A stretch of DNA of 64,000 nt from Patescibacteria group bacterium UBA2196. Its GTDB lineage: Bacteria; Patescibacteriota; Patescibacteriia; UBA2196. Location: NCBI GenBank assembly GCA_002328025.1, contig DCVE01000014.1:69882-133881 (forward strand), in the 5' to 3' direction. Below the pieces are notes generated by a model. That model made no database searches, was not told the DNA's origin, and saw only the letters and a list, made by a program, of their open reading frames with translations. Position numbers and translations under genes: made by a program. Below are positions 47,845-57,135 of this stretch, in pieces. The first letter of the stretch is position 1. The number at the start of each line of letters is the position of its first letter.

Positions 47845-48035
47845 AAAAGTAAAACGGGTATTATGTGGGCCCAATTTGTTTTGATGGATTGGTTTATTTA
47901 ATCCTAGCCATTGGCGCTGAACTTGGTGGTTGGCTAGTAAAATGGTACGGTTTTAATATGGTTTTCTTAATTATGGCCATCCTTTCTTTTTTAGCCGGAT
48001 TTTTTATTTTATTTTTACCTAGAAAGGTACTTTAA
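47845..48035 (+). pseudogene. remnant of the C-terminus of an MFS-like transporter
   Basis: KTGIMWAQF, frameshift, FDGLVYLILAIGAELGGWLVKWYGFNMVFLIMAILSFLAGFFILFLPRKVL*; no intact 5' end. Confidence 0.55.
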
Positions 48036-48040
48036 TATAT

Positions 48041-50779
48041 ATGTCAATTTTAACTAAAATTTTTGGTGATGCCAATGAGCGCGTTATTAAAAATTTAAAA
48101 AATACAGTTTTAGTGGTTAATGATTTAGAGTCCAAGGTCAAACTTTTTAGTATTGATGATTTTAAAAATAAAACCATTCTTTACAAAAAAAAGCTAGCCG
48201 ATAAAACTTTTGCAGAACAACAAATAATTTTAAATGAAATTTTACCAGAAGCTTTTGCTTTGGTGCGTGAGGCAGCGCACAGAACTTTGGGACAACGCCA
48301 TTATGATGTCCAGCTTTTGGCCAGCATGGTTTTACACCAAGGTAATATAGCTGAAATGCGGACTGGTGAAGGTAAAACTTTGGCTGCTACGTCTGCGGTT
48401 TATTTAAATGCCTTAACTGGTCGTGGAGTGCATGTCATTACAGTTAATGACTATTTATCTCGTCGTGATGCTATCTGGATGGGACAAGTCTATAATTATT
48501 TAGGTCTGTCAACTGGGTGTTTAAACCATGAGACGGCTTTTTTATATGACAGCAATTATCATGAATTGGGTAATCTTGATAATGAACGTGATAATGTTGG
48601 TTCTTTTAAAATATTAGATAAATTTTTACGACCGGTGTCACGCCAAGAAGCCTATTTGGCTGATATAACTTATGGCACCAATAATGAATTTGGTTTTGAT
48701 TATTTGCGTGATAATATGGTGCAAAGTTTAAATGAAAAGGTGCAGCGCGAATTGCATTATGCCGTGGTGGATGAAGTGGATTCAATTTTAATTGATGAAG
48801 CGCGTACGCCTCTCATTATTTCCGCGCCCGACATGGAATCCACCGACAAATATCGTCAATTTGCTGAATTGGTTGAACGATTGCGGGAAAACGAAGATTA
48901 CAATATTGATGAAAAAATGAAGGCCTCAACCTTAACCGAAGCTGGAATTGCTAAAATGGAAAAATGGTTAAATGTTGAAAATATTTATACCGATCGTGGT
49001 GTGCGTGATGTACATCACATTGAGCAAGCATTGCGTGCTAAAGTTTTATTTAAAAAAGACAAAGATTATGTAATTAAAGATGGAGAAATTCTCATTGTTG
49101 ATGAATTTACTGGTCGACTTATGGTTGGACGTCGTTATTCAGATGGTTTGCATCAAGCCATTGAGGCCAAAGAAAACGTGGCAGTTAAACAAGAATCAGT
49201 TACCATGGCCACCATCACTTTTCAAAATTATTTTCGCATGTATCAAAAACTAGCCGGCATGACTGGTACGGCCGCGACCGAAGCTGAAGAGTTGTCCAAA
49301 ATTTATCAACTAGATGTGGTTGTGGTGCCAACCAATAAAAACATGATTCGTCATGATTTATCCGATGTTATTTTTAAAACTGAACAGGAAAAATACACAG
49401 CCATTGTTAAAGAAATTAAAACCCGACACAAGCTTGGTCAACCGCTTTTAGTAGGCACCATATCTATTCAAAATAATGAACATTTATCGCAACTTTTATC
49501 TTTGCAGGGCATTGAACATAAAGTTTTAAATGCCAAATTTCACGAACAAGAAGCTGAAATAATTGCTCAGGCTGGTCGCGAAAACGCAGTGACTATTGCC
49601 ACCAATATGGCTGGTCGTGGCGTGGATATTATTTTGGGTGGCAATCCGCCAGATACTGCTAGCCAGGAAGCTGTTAAAAAAACCGGCGGTTTACATGTTA
49701 TTGGTACTGAACGCCACGAATCACGTCGTATTGATAATCAATTACGTGGTCGTGCTGGACGCCAAGGTGATCCTGGTTCATCACAATTTTTTGTTTCCAT
49801 GGAAGATGATTTAATGCGTATTTTTGGTGGTGAAAAAATGAAAAATATGTTAAACACGCTGGGTTTACCAGATAATGAACCCATTGAAACAAAAATTATT
49901 TCCAGTGCTATTGAAAAAGCCCAAAGAAAAGTTGAAGGTCATAATTTTGATATCAGAAAACACCTAGTTGAATATGACGACGTAATCAACAAACACCGTG
50001 AAGTTATTTACAAAAAAAGAAATGAGATTTTGGCTGCCAACAACAGCGGTCAAGACATGCAAAACGTCATCTTAGATTTTTTACAAGCAGAGTTAGAAAC
50101 TGTGGTTAATTTTCATACACAAAACGAGGATGAAAATCAATGGAATCTTGATGAAATTTATGAAGTCGTGGATACTATTTTTCCAGCGCCACTCCCGGTG
50201 CGTATTAAAATTGAAGATATCAAAGACACGGCCGGTGACATAAAACAAGATTTTTTGGCTCGAGAGCAACTCGTTAACTATCTCTTTACTTTGGGTAAAG
50301 CTGCCTACCAAGACTTAGAAGAAAAAATAAATTCTGACGAAAAAATAAAAGCCCAGCTAGCCAGCGAACTGGAACCCATGCGCGCCGTGGAACGTGCTAT
50401 GTTATTACGTTCCATTGACACTTTGTGGGTTGAACACATTGACGCCATGGATCACATGCGTGAGGGTATTGGTTTAACCGGTTATGGCCAAAAAGATCCA
50501 TTGGTAGAATATAAAAAAGAAGCTCATCGTATGTTTTCTGAACTTATGGCTAATATCCGTAAACAGGTTGTTTATACAATTTTTAAAATTGGTTTTGTAA
50601 ATACTGGCAGTCAAACAACCTCTCAGACCAACCCCAGTTTAATAATTAAAAACCAGTCAGAAAGTACCTACATCGGTTCTGAAAAAGATAAATCCACTTA
50701 TAATAAAGAAAAAATTGGCCGCAATGATTTTTGTCCCTGCGGTAGTGGTTTAAAATTTAAAAAATGTCACGGGAAATAA
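48041..50779 (+). CDS. secA: preprotein translocase ATPase SecA
   Basis: EMRTGEGKT, VDEVDSILIDEARTP, IATNMAGRG, QLRGRAGRQGDPG, SEC-C tail CPCGSGLKFKKCH. Confidence 0.99.
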   Translation: MSILTKIFGDANERVIKNLKNTVLVVNDLESKVKLFSIDDFKNKTILYKKKLADKTFAEQQIILNEILPEAFALVREAAHRTLGQRHYDVQLLASMVLHQGNIAEMRTGEGKTLAATSAVYLNALTGRGVHVITVNDYLSRRDAIWMGQVYNYLGLSTGCLNHETAFLYDSNYHELGNLDNERDNVGSFKILDKFLRPVSRQEAYLADITYGTNNEFGFDYLRDNMVQSLNEKVQRELHYAVVDEVDSILIDEARTPLIISAPDMESTDKYRQFAELVERLRENEDYNIDEKMKASTLTEAGIAKMEKWLNVENIYTDRGVRDVHHIEQALRAKVLFKKDKDYVIKDGEILIVDEFTGRLMVGRRYSDGLHQAIEAKENVAVKQESVTMATITFQNYFRMYQKLAGMTGTAATEAEELSKIYQLDVVVVPTNKNMIRHDLSDVIFKTEQEKYTAIVKEIKTRHKLGQPLLVGTISIQNNEHLSQLLSLQGIEHKVLNAKFHEQEAEIIAQAGRENAVTIATNMAGRGVDIILGGNPPDTASQEAVKKTGGLHVIGTERHESRRIDNQLRGRAGRQGDPGSSQFFVSMEDDLMRIFGGEKMKNMLNTLGLPDNEPIETKIISSAIEKAQRKVEGHNFDIRKHLVEYDDVINKHREVIYKKRNEILAANNSGQDMQNVILDFLQAELETVVNFHTQNEDENQWNLDEIYEVVDTIFPAPLPVRIKIEDIKDTAGDIKQDFLAREQLVNYLFTLGKAAYQDLEEKINSDEKIKAQLASELEPMRAVERAMLLRSIDTLWVEHIDAMDHMREGIGLTGYGQKDPLVEYKKEAHRMFSELMANIRKQVVYTIFKIGFVNTGSQTTSQTNPSLIIKNQSESTYIGSEKDKSTYNKEKIGRNDFCPCGSGLKFKKCHGK

Positions 50780-50792
50780 ATATATAAATATT

Positions 50793-51212
50793 ATGACTAA
50801 GAATGATTTTTTTCAACAAGTCAGAGATTTGAATTTACCATTAGGCAAGTATGCAATATTTGGCAGTGCGCCAATGGTGGTTAGAGGATTAAAAGAATAT
50901 CGTGACATAGATATGGTTGTTTCTGAAGATATTTGGGAAGAACTTAGTAAAAAAGGCTGGCCTATTAAATATTCTGAATTTGGCAATCCATTTCTTTGTT
51001 ATAAAGAAATGGAAATAGGCAAAGATTTTTGGCAGCCTGGCGTCTGGAATATGAGAGAATTAATTAATGAGGCAGATGTTATTGAAGGCTTGCCATTTGT
51101 TAAATTAGAGAGAGTGTTGGAATATAAAAAAATGCTTGGCAGAGAAAAAGATTTGGAAGATGTAAAAAAAATAGAAAATTTTTTACAAGCGCAGAATTTA
51201 ATTAATAAATAA
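50793..51212 (+). CDS. nucleotidyltransferase-fold hypothetical protein
   Basis: YAIFGSAPM...RDIDMVV; C-terminal GREKDLED. Confidence 0.65.
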   Translation: MTKNDFFQQVRDLNLPLGKYAIFGSAPMVVRGLKEYRDIDMVVSEDIWEELSKKGWPIKYSEFGNPFLCYKEMEIGKDFWQPGVWNMRELINEADVIEGLPFVKLERVLEYKKMLGREKDLEDVKKIENFLQAQNLINK

Positions 51213-51232
51213 AAAGCCTGCTAGGCAGGCTT
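51211..51232 (-). terminator. terminator hairpin
   Basis: AAGCCTGC-TAG-GCAGGCTT with A-run on the left. Confidence 0.6.
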
Positions 51233-51251
51233 AAGCGGGTGGTGGAACATT

Positions 51252-51320
51252 TTAAATCAATCCCAACCTTTGGGCAGCGACTTCCCATTCCCGCGGTGTC
51301 GGTTTAGACTTTTTTGCCAT
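51252..51320 (-). CDS. 22-aa micro-ORF or truncated gene start
   Basis: GGAGG-AATT-ATG; MAKKSKPTPREWEVAAQRLGLI*; terminator follows. Confidence 0.4.
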   Translation of the reverse strand: MAKKSKPTPREWEVAAQRLGLI

Positions 51321-51340
51321 AATTCCTCCACATTAATGGG

Positions 51341-51469
51341 ATGGAATTTAGAGTAATCTCAATTGATACTCCAATTGCAAAAAGCCTGCTTGGAAAAAAA
51401 GTTTATGAGGACGTAGAAATTAAAATTCCGAGCAGTAATTATTTTGTTAAAATTATTGAAATTAATTAA
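51341..51469 (+). pseudogene. GreA/GreB C-terminal domain fragment
   Basis: MEFRVISIDTPIAKSLLGKKVYEDVEIKIPSSNYFVKIIEIN* parallels ISNESPLGKAFLGHKVGETITVSLP..YEIVEI of greA in this window. Confidence 0.65.
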
Positions 51470-51473
51470 TTTT

Positions 51474-52252
51474 ATGATGAATATTGTTTTATTAGGTACT
51501 GGTGCGGCTTATCCAGACGCAGATAGAAATGCGCCGGCTTTTGTATTACAGCATGAAAATGAAAATTATTTAATTGATTGTGGGGGGGTGTTGTTCATCA
51601 GTTAATGAAATATGGTATTCATCCATCAAAACTAAAGTATATTTTTTTAACCCATATCCACATTGATCACTGTGTTGAATTACCCGCATTGATTTTTGGA
51701 GCATATCTTACAGGTAAGGAGGGTGAATTTTGTGTCTTCGGTCCGCAAGGGATAAAACACCTTACCGATAGTATTTTTGATACAACTTATGATTTTGCGA
51801 GAGAAATGATGTTTAAATTAAGAAAAAAGACAATTGACATCAACGCAACAACAATTGACAAGGGCGAGATATTAAAAAATAATGGTTTGGTGATTGAGAC
51901 AATTCCCGTAGAACATGGTTTTCCAACCAATGCCTTTGTTTTTAAAGCTGATGGAAAGAAGATTGTTTTTAGTGGAGACACGGCACCTTGTAAGAATATA
52001 ATTGATATTTCTACTGACGCTGATTTGCTAGTTATTGAGTGTTCTTTTCCAGAAGAATTTGGTCCAATACCAGGACACTTAATTCCCTCACAGGTGGCTC
52101 AAATAGCGCAAGAAGCGCAGGCTAAAAAGATTATTTTAGTTCACTTATTTCCAATGTGTAAGGGGAAGGAGATTGAAATTTTAGAAGAAATTAAAAAAAT
52201 ATATTCTGGTGATGTTCAAATAGAATATGATCTACAAGAAATTAAAGTATAA
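51474..52252 (+). pseudogene. RNase Z/BN-like MBL-fold hydrolase, frameshifted at a G7 tract
   Basis: Frame A: MMNIVLLGTG...YLIDCG; frame B: GVVHQL...THIHIDH...FSGDT...GHL...LVHL; frames switch at G7 (51582-51588). Confidence 0.85.
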
Positions 52253-52305
52253 CCGCTAACTATTGTATATTAGCCAAGCTTTAAAAAAACAGGTAAAATA
52301 AAGGC

Positions 52306-52848
52306 ATGAATAATAATAAAAAAATTCTAGTTTTTCCCGGTGCGTTTCAGGTAGCGAATAAATACGGAGACTATGAAGGTGTAGACATTTGGTTAAAAGC
52401 AAACTCTGAACAAGAAATTCCCGCCGGTGATTATTTGATTGGGCATAGTTTAGGCGCCAGTTTTGCCCTTGCGCATTATAATTCTAATCAAAATTGTAAA
52501 TTTATTTTAATCAATCCTTTGGTTAAAAAAAGAAGTGCTCTAATTTTTTGGCGCTGGCTTAAATTTATTATTTTTGAAAGAATAAAGACAGAAAAAATAA
52601 TTCCGAAAAGTGATTGGTTATATGCATTCAAAAAAGCAATTAAATTACTTAATGTTGATATATTAAATGTTATTCAAAAAATACCTAAAGAAAATTTAAT
52701 TATTATTAGAGGCAAGCAAGATATTTTTTTCTGCGATAGCGAAGCAGTAAAAGTTATTCAAGAAAATAATATTGCCTTAGTTGAAGTAGAAGCAGGGCAC
52801 GATTGGAATGATAAAATTGCCAACACCGTTAAAGAAATAATAAAATAA
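52306..52848 (+). CDS. minimal alpha/beta-hydrolase-fold protein
   Basis: LIGHSLGA nucleophile elbow, RGKQD, AGH. Confidence 0.7.
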   Translation: MNNNKKILVFPGAFQVANKYGDYEGVDIWLKANSEQEIPAGDYLIGHSLGASFALAHYNSNQNCKFILINPLVKKRSALIFWRWLKFIIFERIKTEKIIPKSDWLYAFKKAIKLLNVDILNVIQKIPKENLIIIRGKQDIFFCDSEAVKVIQENNIALVEVEAGHDWNDKIANTVKEIIK

Positions 52849-52859
52849 AAAATAATATT

Positions 52860-53435
52860 ATGAAAAAGATAAAAATTCCAGTTGAAGTTTCTGCGCGTCA
52901 CATACACTTGAGTCAAAAAGATTTGGATAAACTTTTTGGTAAAAATTATACTTTACATAAATTAAAAGATTTATCGCAGGTGGGGGATTTTGCTGCTAAA
53001 GAAAAAGTTGCCTTGGTTAAAACAAACACATGCGTGCATGGTTTAAGAATTGTTGGGCCAACGCGGACTGAAAGCCAAATTGAACTATCTTTTACCGATG
53101 CTGTGCATTTAGGAATAGATGCTCCAGTGGTGTTATCTGGCAAACTGGAAAATGTAAAAACTTTTTTGGAAGTTAAGGGACCCAAAGGAAAAACCAAAGT
53201 TAAGGTTATCGTGCCTGAACGTCATTTGCATTGTTCACCACAAGAAGCTAAAAAATATAATCTTAAAAATGGACAAAAGGTTGGTGTAGAAATTATTGGT
53301 AATAGGGGATTGATTTTTAATAATATAAATGTACGAATTGGTGCCGATTTTAAAATGGCTTGTCATCTTGATACCGACGAAGCCAATGCCTGCGGATTAA
53401 ATAAAGTTTGTGGTGTGGGGATGTTAATTTTATAA
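52860..53435 (+). CDS. pduL: PduL/EutD-type phosphate acyltransferase
   Basis: VSARHIHL, LSQ.G.FA, GP.R..SQIE.S.TD, RHLH, HLDTDEANA. Confidence 0.9.
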   Translation: MKKIKIPVEVSARHIHLSQKDLDKLFGKNYTLHKLKDLSQVGDFAAKEKVALVKTNTCVHGLRIVGPTRTESQIELSFTDAVHLGIDAPVVLSGKLENVKTFLEVKGPKGKTKVKVIVPERHLHCSPQEAKKYNLKNGQKVGVEIIGNRGLIFNNINVRIGADFKMACHLDTDEANACGLNKVCGVGMLIL

Positions 53436-53453
53436 AATAAAATTATAAATTTT

Positions 53454-54536
53454 ATGTCCACAATTTTAATTTTAAATATCGGTTCCACTTCATTTAAATA
53501 CGAATTTTTTAATACAAAAAATTTAGACTCCCTTCACAAAGGCGAGTTTAAAATTTTAGAACACAAAAAAGATGACTTAGAAGAAAACATTAAACATCTT
53601 TTTCGTAATATGGTTAGAGAAATTGGTAATCTTGATGAATTAGTCGCCATTGGACACCGTGTCGTACACGGTGGTGAAAAATTTAAAGCTACCCGTCAAA
53701 TAACAGCTCAGGAGATTTTTGAATTAGAACAATCCAACGGTTTGGCTCCTCTACATAATCCATACAATTTGGCTGGTATCAAGGCGGCTTTAGAATATTT
53801 TCCAGCCGTTGCTAATTATGCTGTTTTTGATACAGCTTTCTTTAGTGCTCTACCAACTGCGGCTAAAACCTATCCCATTCCATATCAATATTATGAAGAA
53901 TTTGGCATCAAAAAATATGGCTTTCACGGAATTTCGCATCGCTATGCTTTAGAAGAAACAGCGCGTTTAATTAAAAAACCAATCACAGAGATTAACGTTA
54001 TTACCGTGCATTTGGGTGGTGGCTGTTCCGTAACTGCCGTGCGCCAAGGTCAACCCATTGATACTTCCATGGGCTACACTCCGCTTGAAGGTTTGATGAT
54101 GCAAACCAGAAGTGGAGATCTTGATCCTGGTGTCATAATGCAAATACTTACCAACTTATCGGTTACACACACCACCACACCTTCGCTATTAGAAAAATTA
54201 AACCAAATTTTAAATTTTGAATCAGGCTTAAAAGGCATCGCTGGAAAAAGTGATTATTTAGAACTTTTACAGGCCATGGAATGGGGTGAAGAAAAAGCAG
54301 TTCTGGCTTTTGAAATGTTTACTAATCGTATTAAAAAATATATTGGTGCCTATTTATTTTTGCTTGATCGTGTCGACGCCATAACCTTTACAGGAAAAAT
54401 TGGAGCTGGTAATCCTGTGACGCGCAAGAAAATTTGTGCTAAAATGAATTTGTTAAAAAACATTCCTATTTTGAGCGTTGAAACACACGAAGAGTTAGCC
54501 ATAGCTAGGGAAGTAAAAACGGTTTTAAATTTTTAA
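53454..54536 (+). CDS. ackA: acetate/propionate kinase
   Basis: LNIGSTSFK, GHRVVHGG, APLHN, FDTAF, YGFHGISH, TSMG.TPLEG. Confidence 0.94.
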   Translation: MSTILILNIGSTSFKYEFFNTKNLDSLHKGEFKILEHKKDDLEENIKHLFRNMVREIGNLDELVAIGHRVVHGGEKFKATRQITAQEIFELEQSNGLAPLHNPYNLAGIKAALEYFPAVANYAVFDTAFFSALPTAAKTYPIPYQYYEEFGIKKYGFHGISHRYALEETARLIKKPITEINVITVHLGGGCSVTAVRQGQPIDTSMGYTPLEGLMMQTRSGDLDPGVIMQILTNLSVTHTTTPSLLEKLNQILNFESGLKGIAGKSDYLELLQAMEWGEEKAVLAFEMFTNRIKKYIGAYLFLLDRVDAITFTGKIGAGNPVTRKKICAKMNLLKNIPILSVETHEELAIAREVKTVLNF

Positions 54537-54539
54537 TTT

Positions 54540-56279
54540 ATGGATAAATTGACTATAAAAATAGTTGGTCCGGCCGGCTTTGGTATAAAAGTCACTGGCA
54601 TGATGTTGGCCAAATACTTTTTAAGAAGTGACTGTTTTGTATTTGCCTATACCGAATATCCATCTTTAATTCGTGGTGGTCACAACACCTTTCAAGTTGA
54701 TATAGCAAAAAAAGAAATCAATTCCGCGGCTGAAAAATGCAATGTCTTAATTGCTTTAAACAAAGACAGTTTAATTCAAGAATTAAAAAATATTAATACC
54801 AATGCTTTGGTTATTTATGATGAACAAATAGAAAATAATTTTTCTTTACCAAAAAATATAAATCTTTTACCAGCCCCTTTAATGGAAATTGCCAAAAACA
54901 ATGGCGGCGATTTAATGAAAAACACAGTTGCTTTAGGAGTTCTATTAGGAGCTTTGGATTTATCTTTGGAGGTTTTGAATAAAATTTTAGCCGAAACATT
55001 TGGACACAAGGGTTCAATGGCAGAACAAAACAAAAAAGCTCTTCAGACTGGTTTTGAGTGGATAAAAAATAAGCAAATTAGTTCAAAAAACATTATACAA
55101 TTTACAGGGCTAATAAATAGCCAAGGTCCCAAACAAGATAATATGTTTATCTCTGGCAATCAAGCCTGTGCTTTGGGGGCCATAGCCGCTGATTGTCAGC
55201 TTTATTCAGCCTATCCCATGACCCCAGCCAGTGAAATTTTGCATTATTTGGTCTCTAAACAGCAGGAAAGCGGTATGTTGGTCCATCAGCCAGAAGATGA
55301 AATTGCAGCCGTCCACGTGGCTCTGGGAGCCTCATTTGCGGGTATTAGGGCTGCCTGTGGCACTTCTGGCGGCGGTTTTGCTCTTATGAACGAAGGTTTA
55401 TCACTTTCTGGTATGTTAGAGTTGCCACTGGTAATTTTTGAAGTCATGCGTCCAGCTCCAGCGACTGGTTTGCCTACCTGGACTGAACAGGGCGATTTAA
55501 TGTATGTGGTTCATGGTGGTCATGGCGATTTTCCGCGTCTTGTATTGGCGCCCGGAAATCCATCCGAGTGTTTTTCATTAACTCAGCAAGCTTTTAATCT
55601 GGCTGATAAATATCAAATTCCAGCCATTGTTTTGTTTGATAAATTTTTAGCCGAATCAACTTATACAGTTGAAAAAAATATATTTTCTAAAATAAAAAAG
55701 AAATCGCGCGGAAAAATTTTAATGCTAAATCAAAAACAACTAACTGAAAATAAAACTTTATTTGCGCGTTATAAAAACGAAAAAGACGGGGTTTCGTTGC
55801 GTCCTATCCCCGGAATTTTAAATGGAGAATACGTTGCCAATTCTGATGAGCATGATGAGTTTGGTCTAACTAATGAATCAGCCATTAGCCGAACTGAGCA
55901 GATGAAAAAAAGAATGTGTAAGATGACTAATTTAAAAAAAGAAATTCCTTTACCAAAAATTTATGGCCCTAAAAAAGCCCCTGTCACTCTGGTTTGTTGG
56001 GGTTCAACGTTAGGCCCGGCTTTGGATGCTATGTATGAAATTAATAAAGCCAAAACACAAATAAATTTAATTCATTTTAGTTATCTTTGGCCACTGCCTT
56101 TGGGTTTGGATAAATTTTTAAAACAATTTAAAAAATTAATTTTAGTAGAAAATAATTTTTCTGCCCAACTTGGTAATCTTATTCGTCAAGAAACCGGCAT
56201 TGAAATAAAAGATAAAATTTTAAAATACGACGGTCGTCCCTTTTGGCAAGAAGAAATAATAAAAGCCATAAAAAAATAA
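54540..56279 (+). CDS. 2-oxoacid:ferredoxin oxidoreductase alpha subunit (gamma-alpha fusion)
   Basis: EYPSLIRGGHN, AYPMTPASE, EDEIAA, TSGGGFALM, TGLPT, KYDGRPF. Confidence 0.93.
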   Translation: MDKLTIKIVGPAGFGIKVTGMMLAKYFLRSDCFVFAYTEYPSLIRGGHNTFQVDIAKKEINSAAEKCNVLIALNKDSLIQELKNINTNALVIYDEQIENNFSLPKNINLLPAPLMEIAKNNGGDLMKNTVALGVLLGALDLSLEVLNKILAETFGHKGSMAEQNKKALQTGFEWIKNKQISSKNIIQFTGLINSQGPKQDNMFISGNQACALGAIAADCQLYSAYPMTPASEILHYLVSKQQESGMLVHQPEDEIAAVHVALGASFAGIRAACGTSGGGFALMNEGLSLSGMLELPLVIFEVMRPAPATGLPTWTEQGDLMYVVHGGHGDFPRLVLAPGNPSECFSLTQQAFNLADKYQIPAIVLFDKFLAESTYTVEKNIFSKIKKKSRGKILMLNQKQLTENKTLFARYKNEKDGVSLRPIPGILNGEYVANSDEHDEFGLTNESAISRTEQMKKRMCKMTNLKKEIPLPKIYGPKKAPVTLVCWGSTLGPALDAMYEINKAKTQINLIHFSYLWPLPLGLDKFLKQFKKLILVENNFSAQLGNLIRQETGIEIKDKILKYDGRPFWQEEIIKAIKK

Positions 56280-56282
56280 ATT

Positions 56283-57125
56283 ATGTCAGATTCAAATAAA
56301 ATTACTCTCGCATCTTTTAATACCAACTACCAACCCACTTGGTGCCCGGGTTGTGGTGATTTTGGTATTTGGACAGCTTTAAAAATGGCTTTGGTTGATT
56401 TACAAATTCCAACTCACCAGTTAGCCATTGTCTATGGCATCGGCTGTGGTGGTAATATGGCTTCAACTATAAAATGTTATGGTTTTCATTCTTTGCACGG
56501 TCGAACACTGCCGGTTGCTTTGGGAATCAAATTGGCTAATAAAAATTTAACAGTCATCGCCATTACTGGTGATGGAGATCAATACAGTGAAGGCACCAAT
56601 CACTTAATTCATTTGGCGCGTTATAATGCCAATCTAACTTTAATTGTTTGCAATAATCAACTTTTTTCTTTAACCACCGGTCAAACCTCGCCAACCTCTG
56701 ATCAAGGAATTATTTCCAAAACAACCCCCAAAGGCGAGGTAAAACAACCCCTCAATCCTTTGGCCTTATCATTAATTTCTGGCGCCACTTTTGTGGCACG
56801 TGGTGCGGCTTTTGAAATTCAACAATTAAAAGAATTGATTAAAAAAGCCATCATGCATCAGGGTTTTGCTCATCTTGACGTTCTACAACAGTGTGTAACT
56901 TTTAATAAAATTAATACTGTTGATTGGTATAAAGAAAAAATATATTCTTTGGAACAAGCCAAACACCCAACAAGTGATTTTAAAATGGCTATAGAAAAAA
57001 GCCAAGAACACGCAAAGTTACCACTTGGAATTTTTTATCAAACACAAAAGCCAACTTACGAAAAAGAGATAACTAACGTACCAATAGTTTTTGATTTTAA
57101 AAAAGCACTGGCTGAATTTATTTAA
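56283..57125 (+). CDS. 2-oxoacid:ferredoxin oxidoreductase beta subunit (TPP-binding)
   Basis: WCPGCGDF, GIGC, LHGR, GDGD, LTTGQTSPT, CVTFN. Confidence 0.93.
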   Translation: MSDSNKITLASFNTNYQPTWCPGCGDFGIWTALKMALVDLQIPTHQLAIVYGIGCGGNMASTIKCYGFHSLHGRTLPVALGIKLANKNLTVIAITGDGDQYSEGTNHLIHLARYNANLTLIVCNNQLFSLTTGQTSPTSDQGIISKTTPKGEVKQPLNPLALSLISGATFVARGAAFEIQQLKELIKKAIMHQGFAHLDVLQQCVTFNKINTVDWYKEKIYSLEQAKHPTSDFKMAIEKSQEHAKLPLGIFYQTQKPTYEKEITNVPIVFDFKKALAEFI

Positions 57126-57135
57126 TTTTTATAAA

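Noticed and set aside
52250-52276. CGCTAAC after the MBL gene stop, resembling an integron attC R'' box
   Set aside because: No matching GTTRRRY end or long bottom-strand hairpin, and no integrase.
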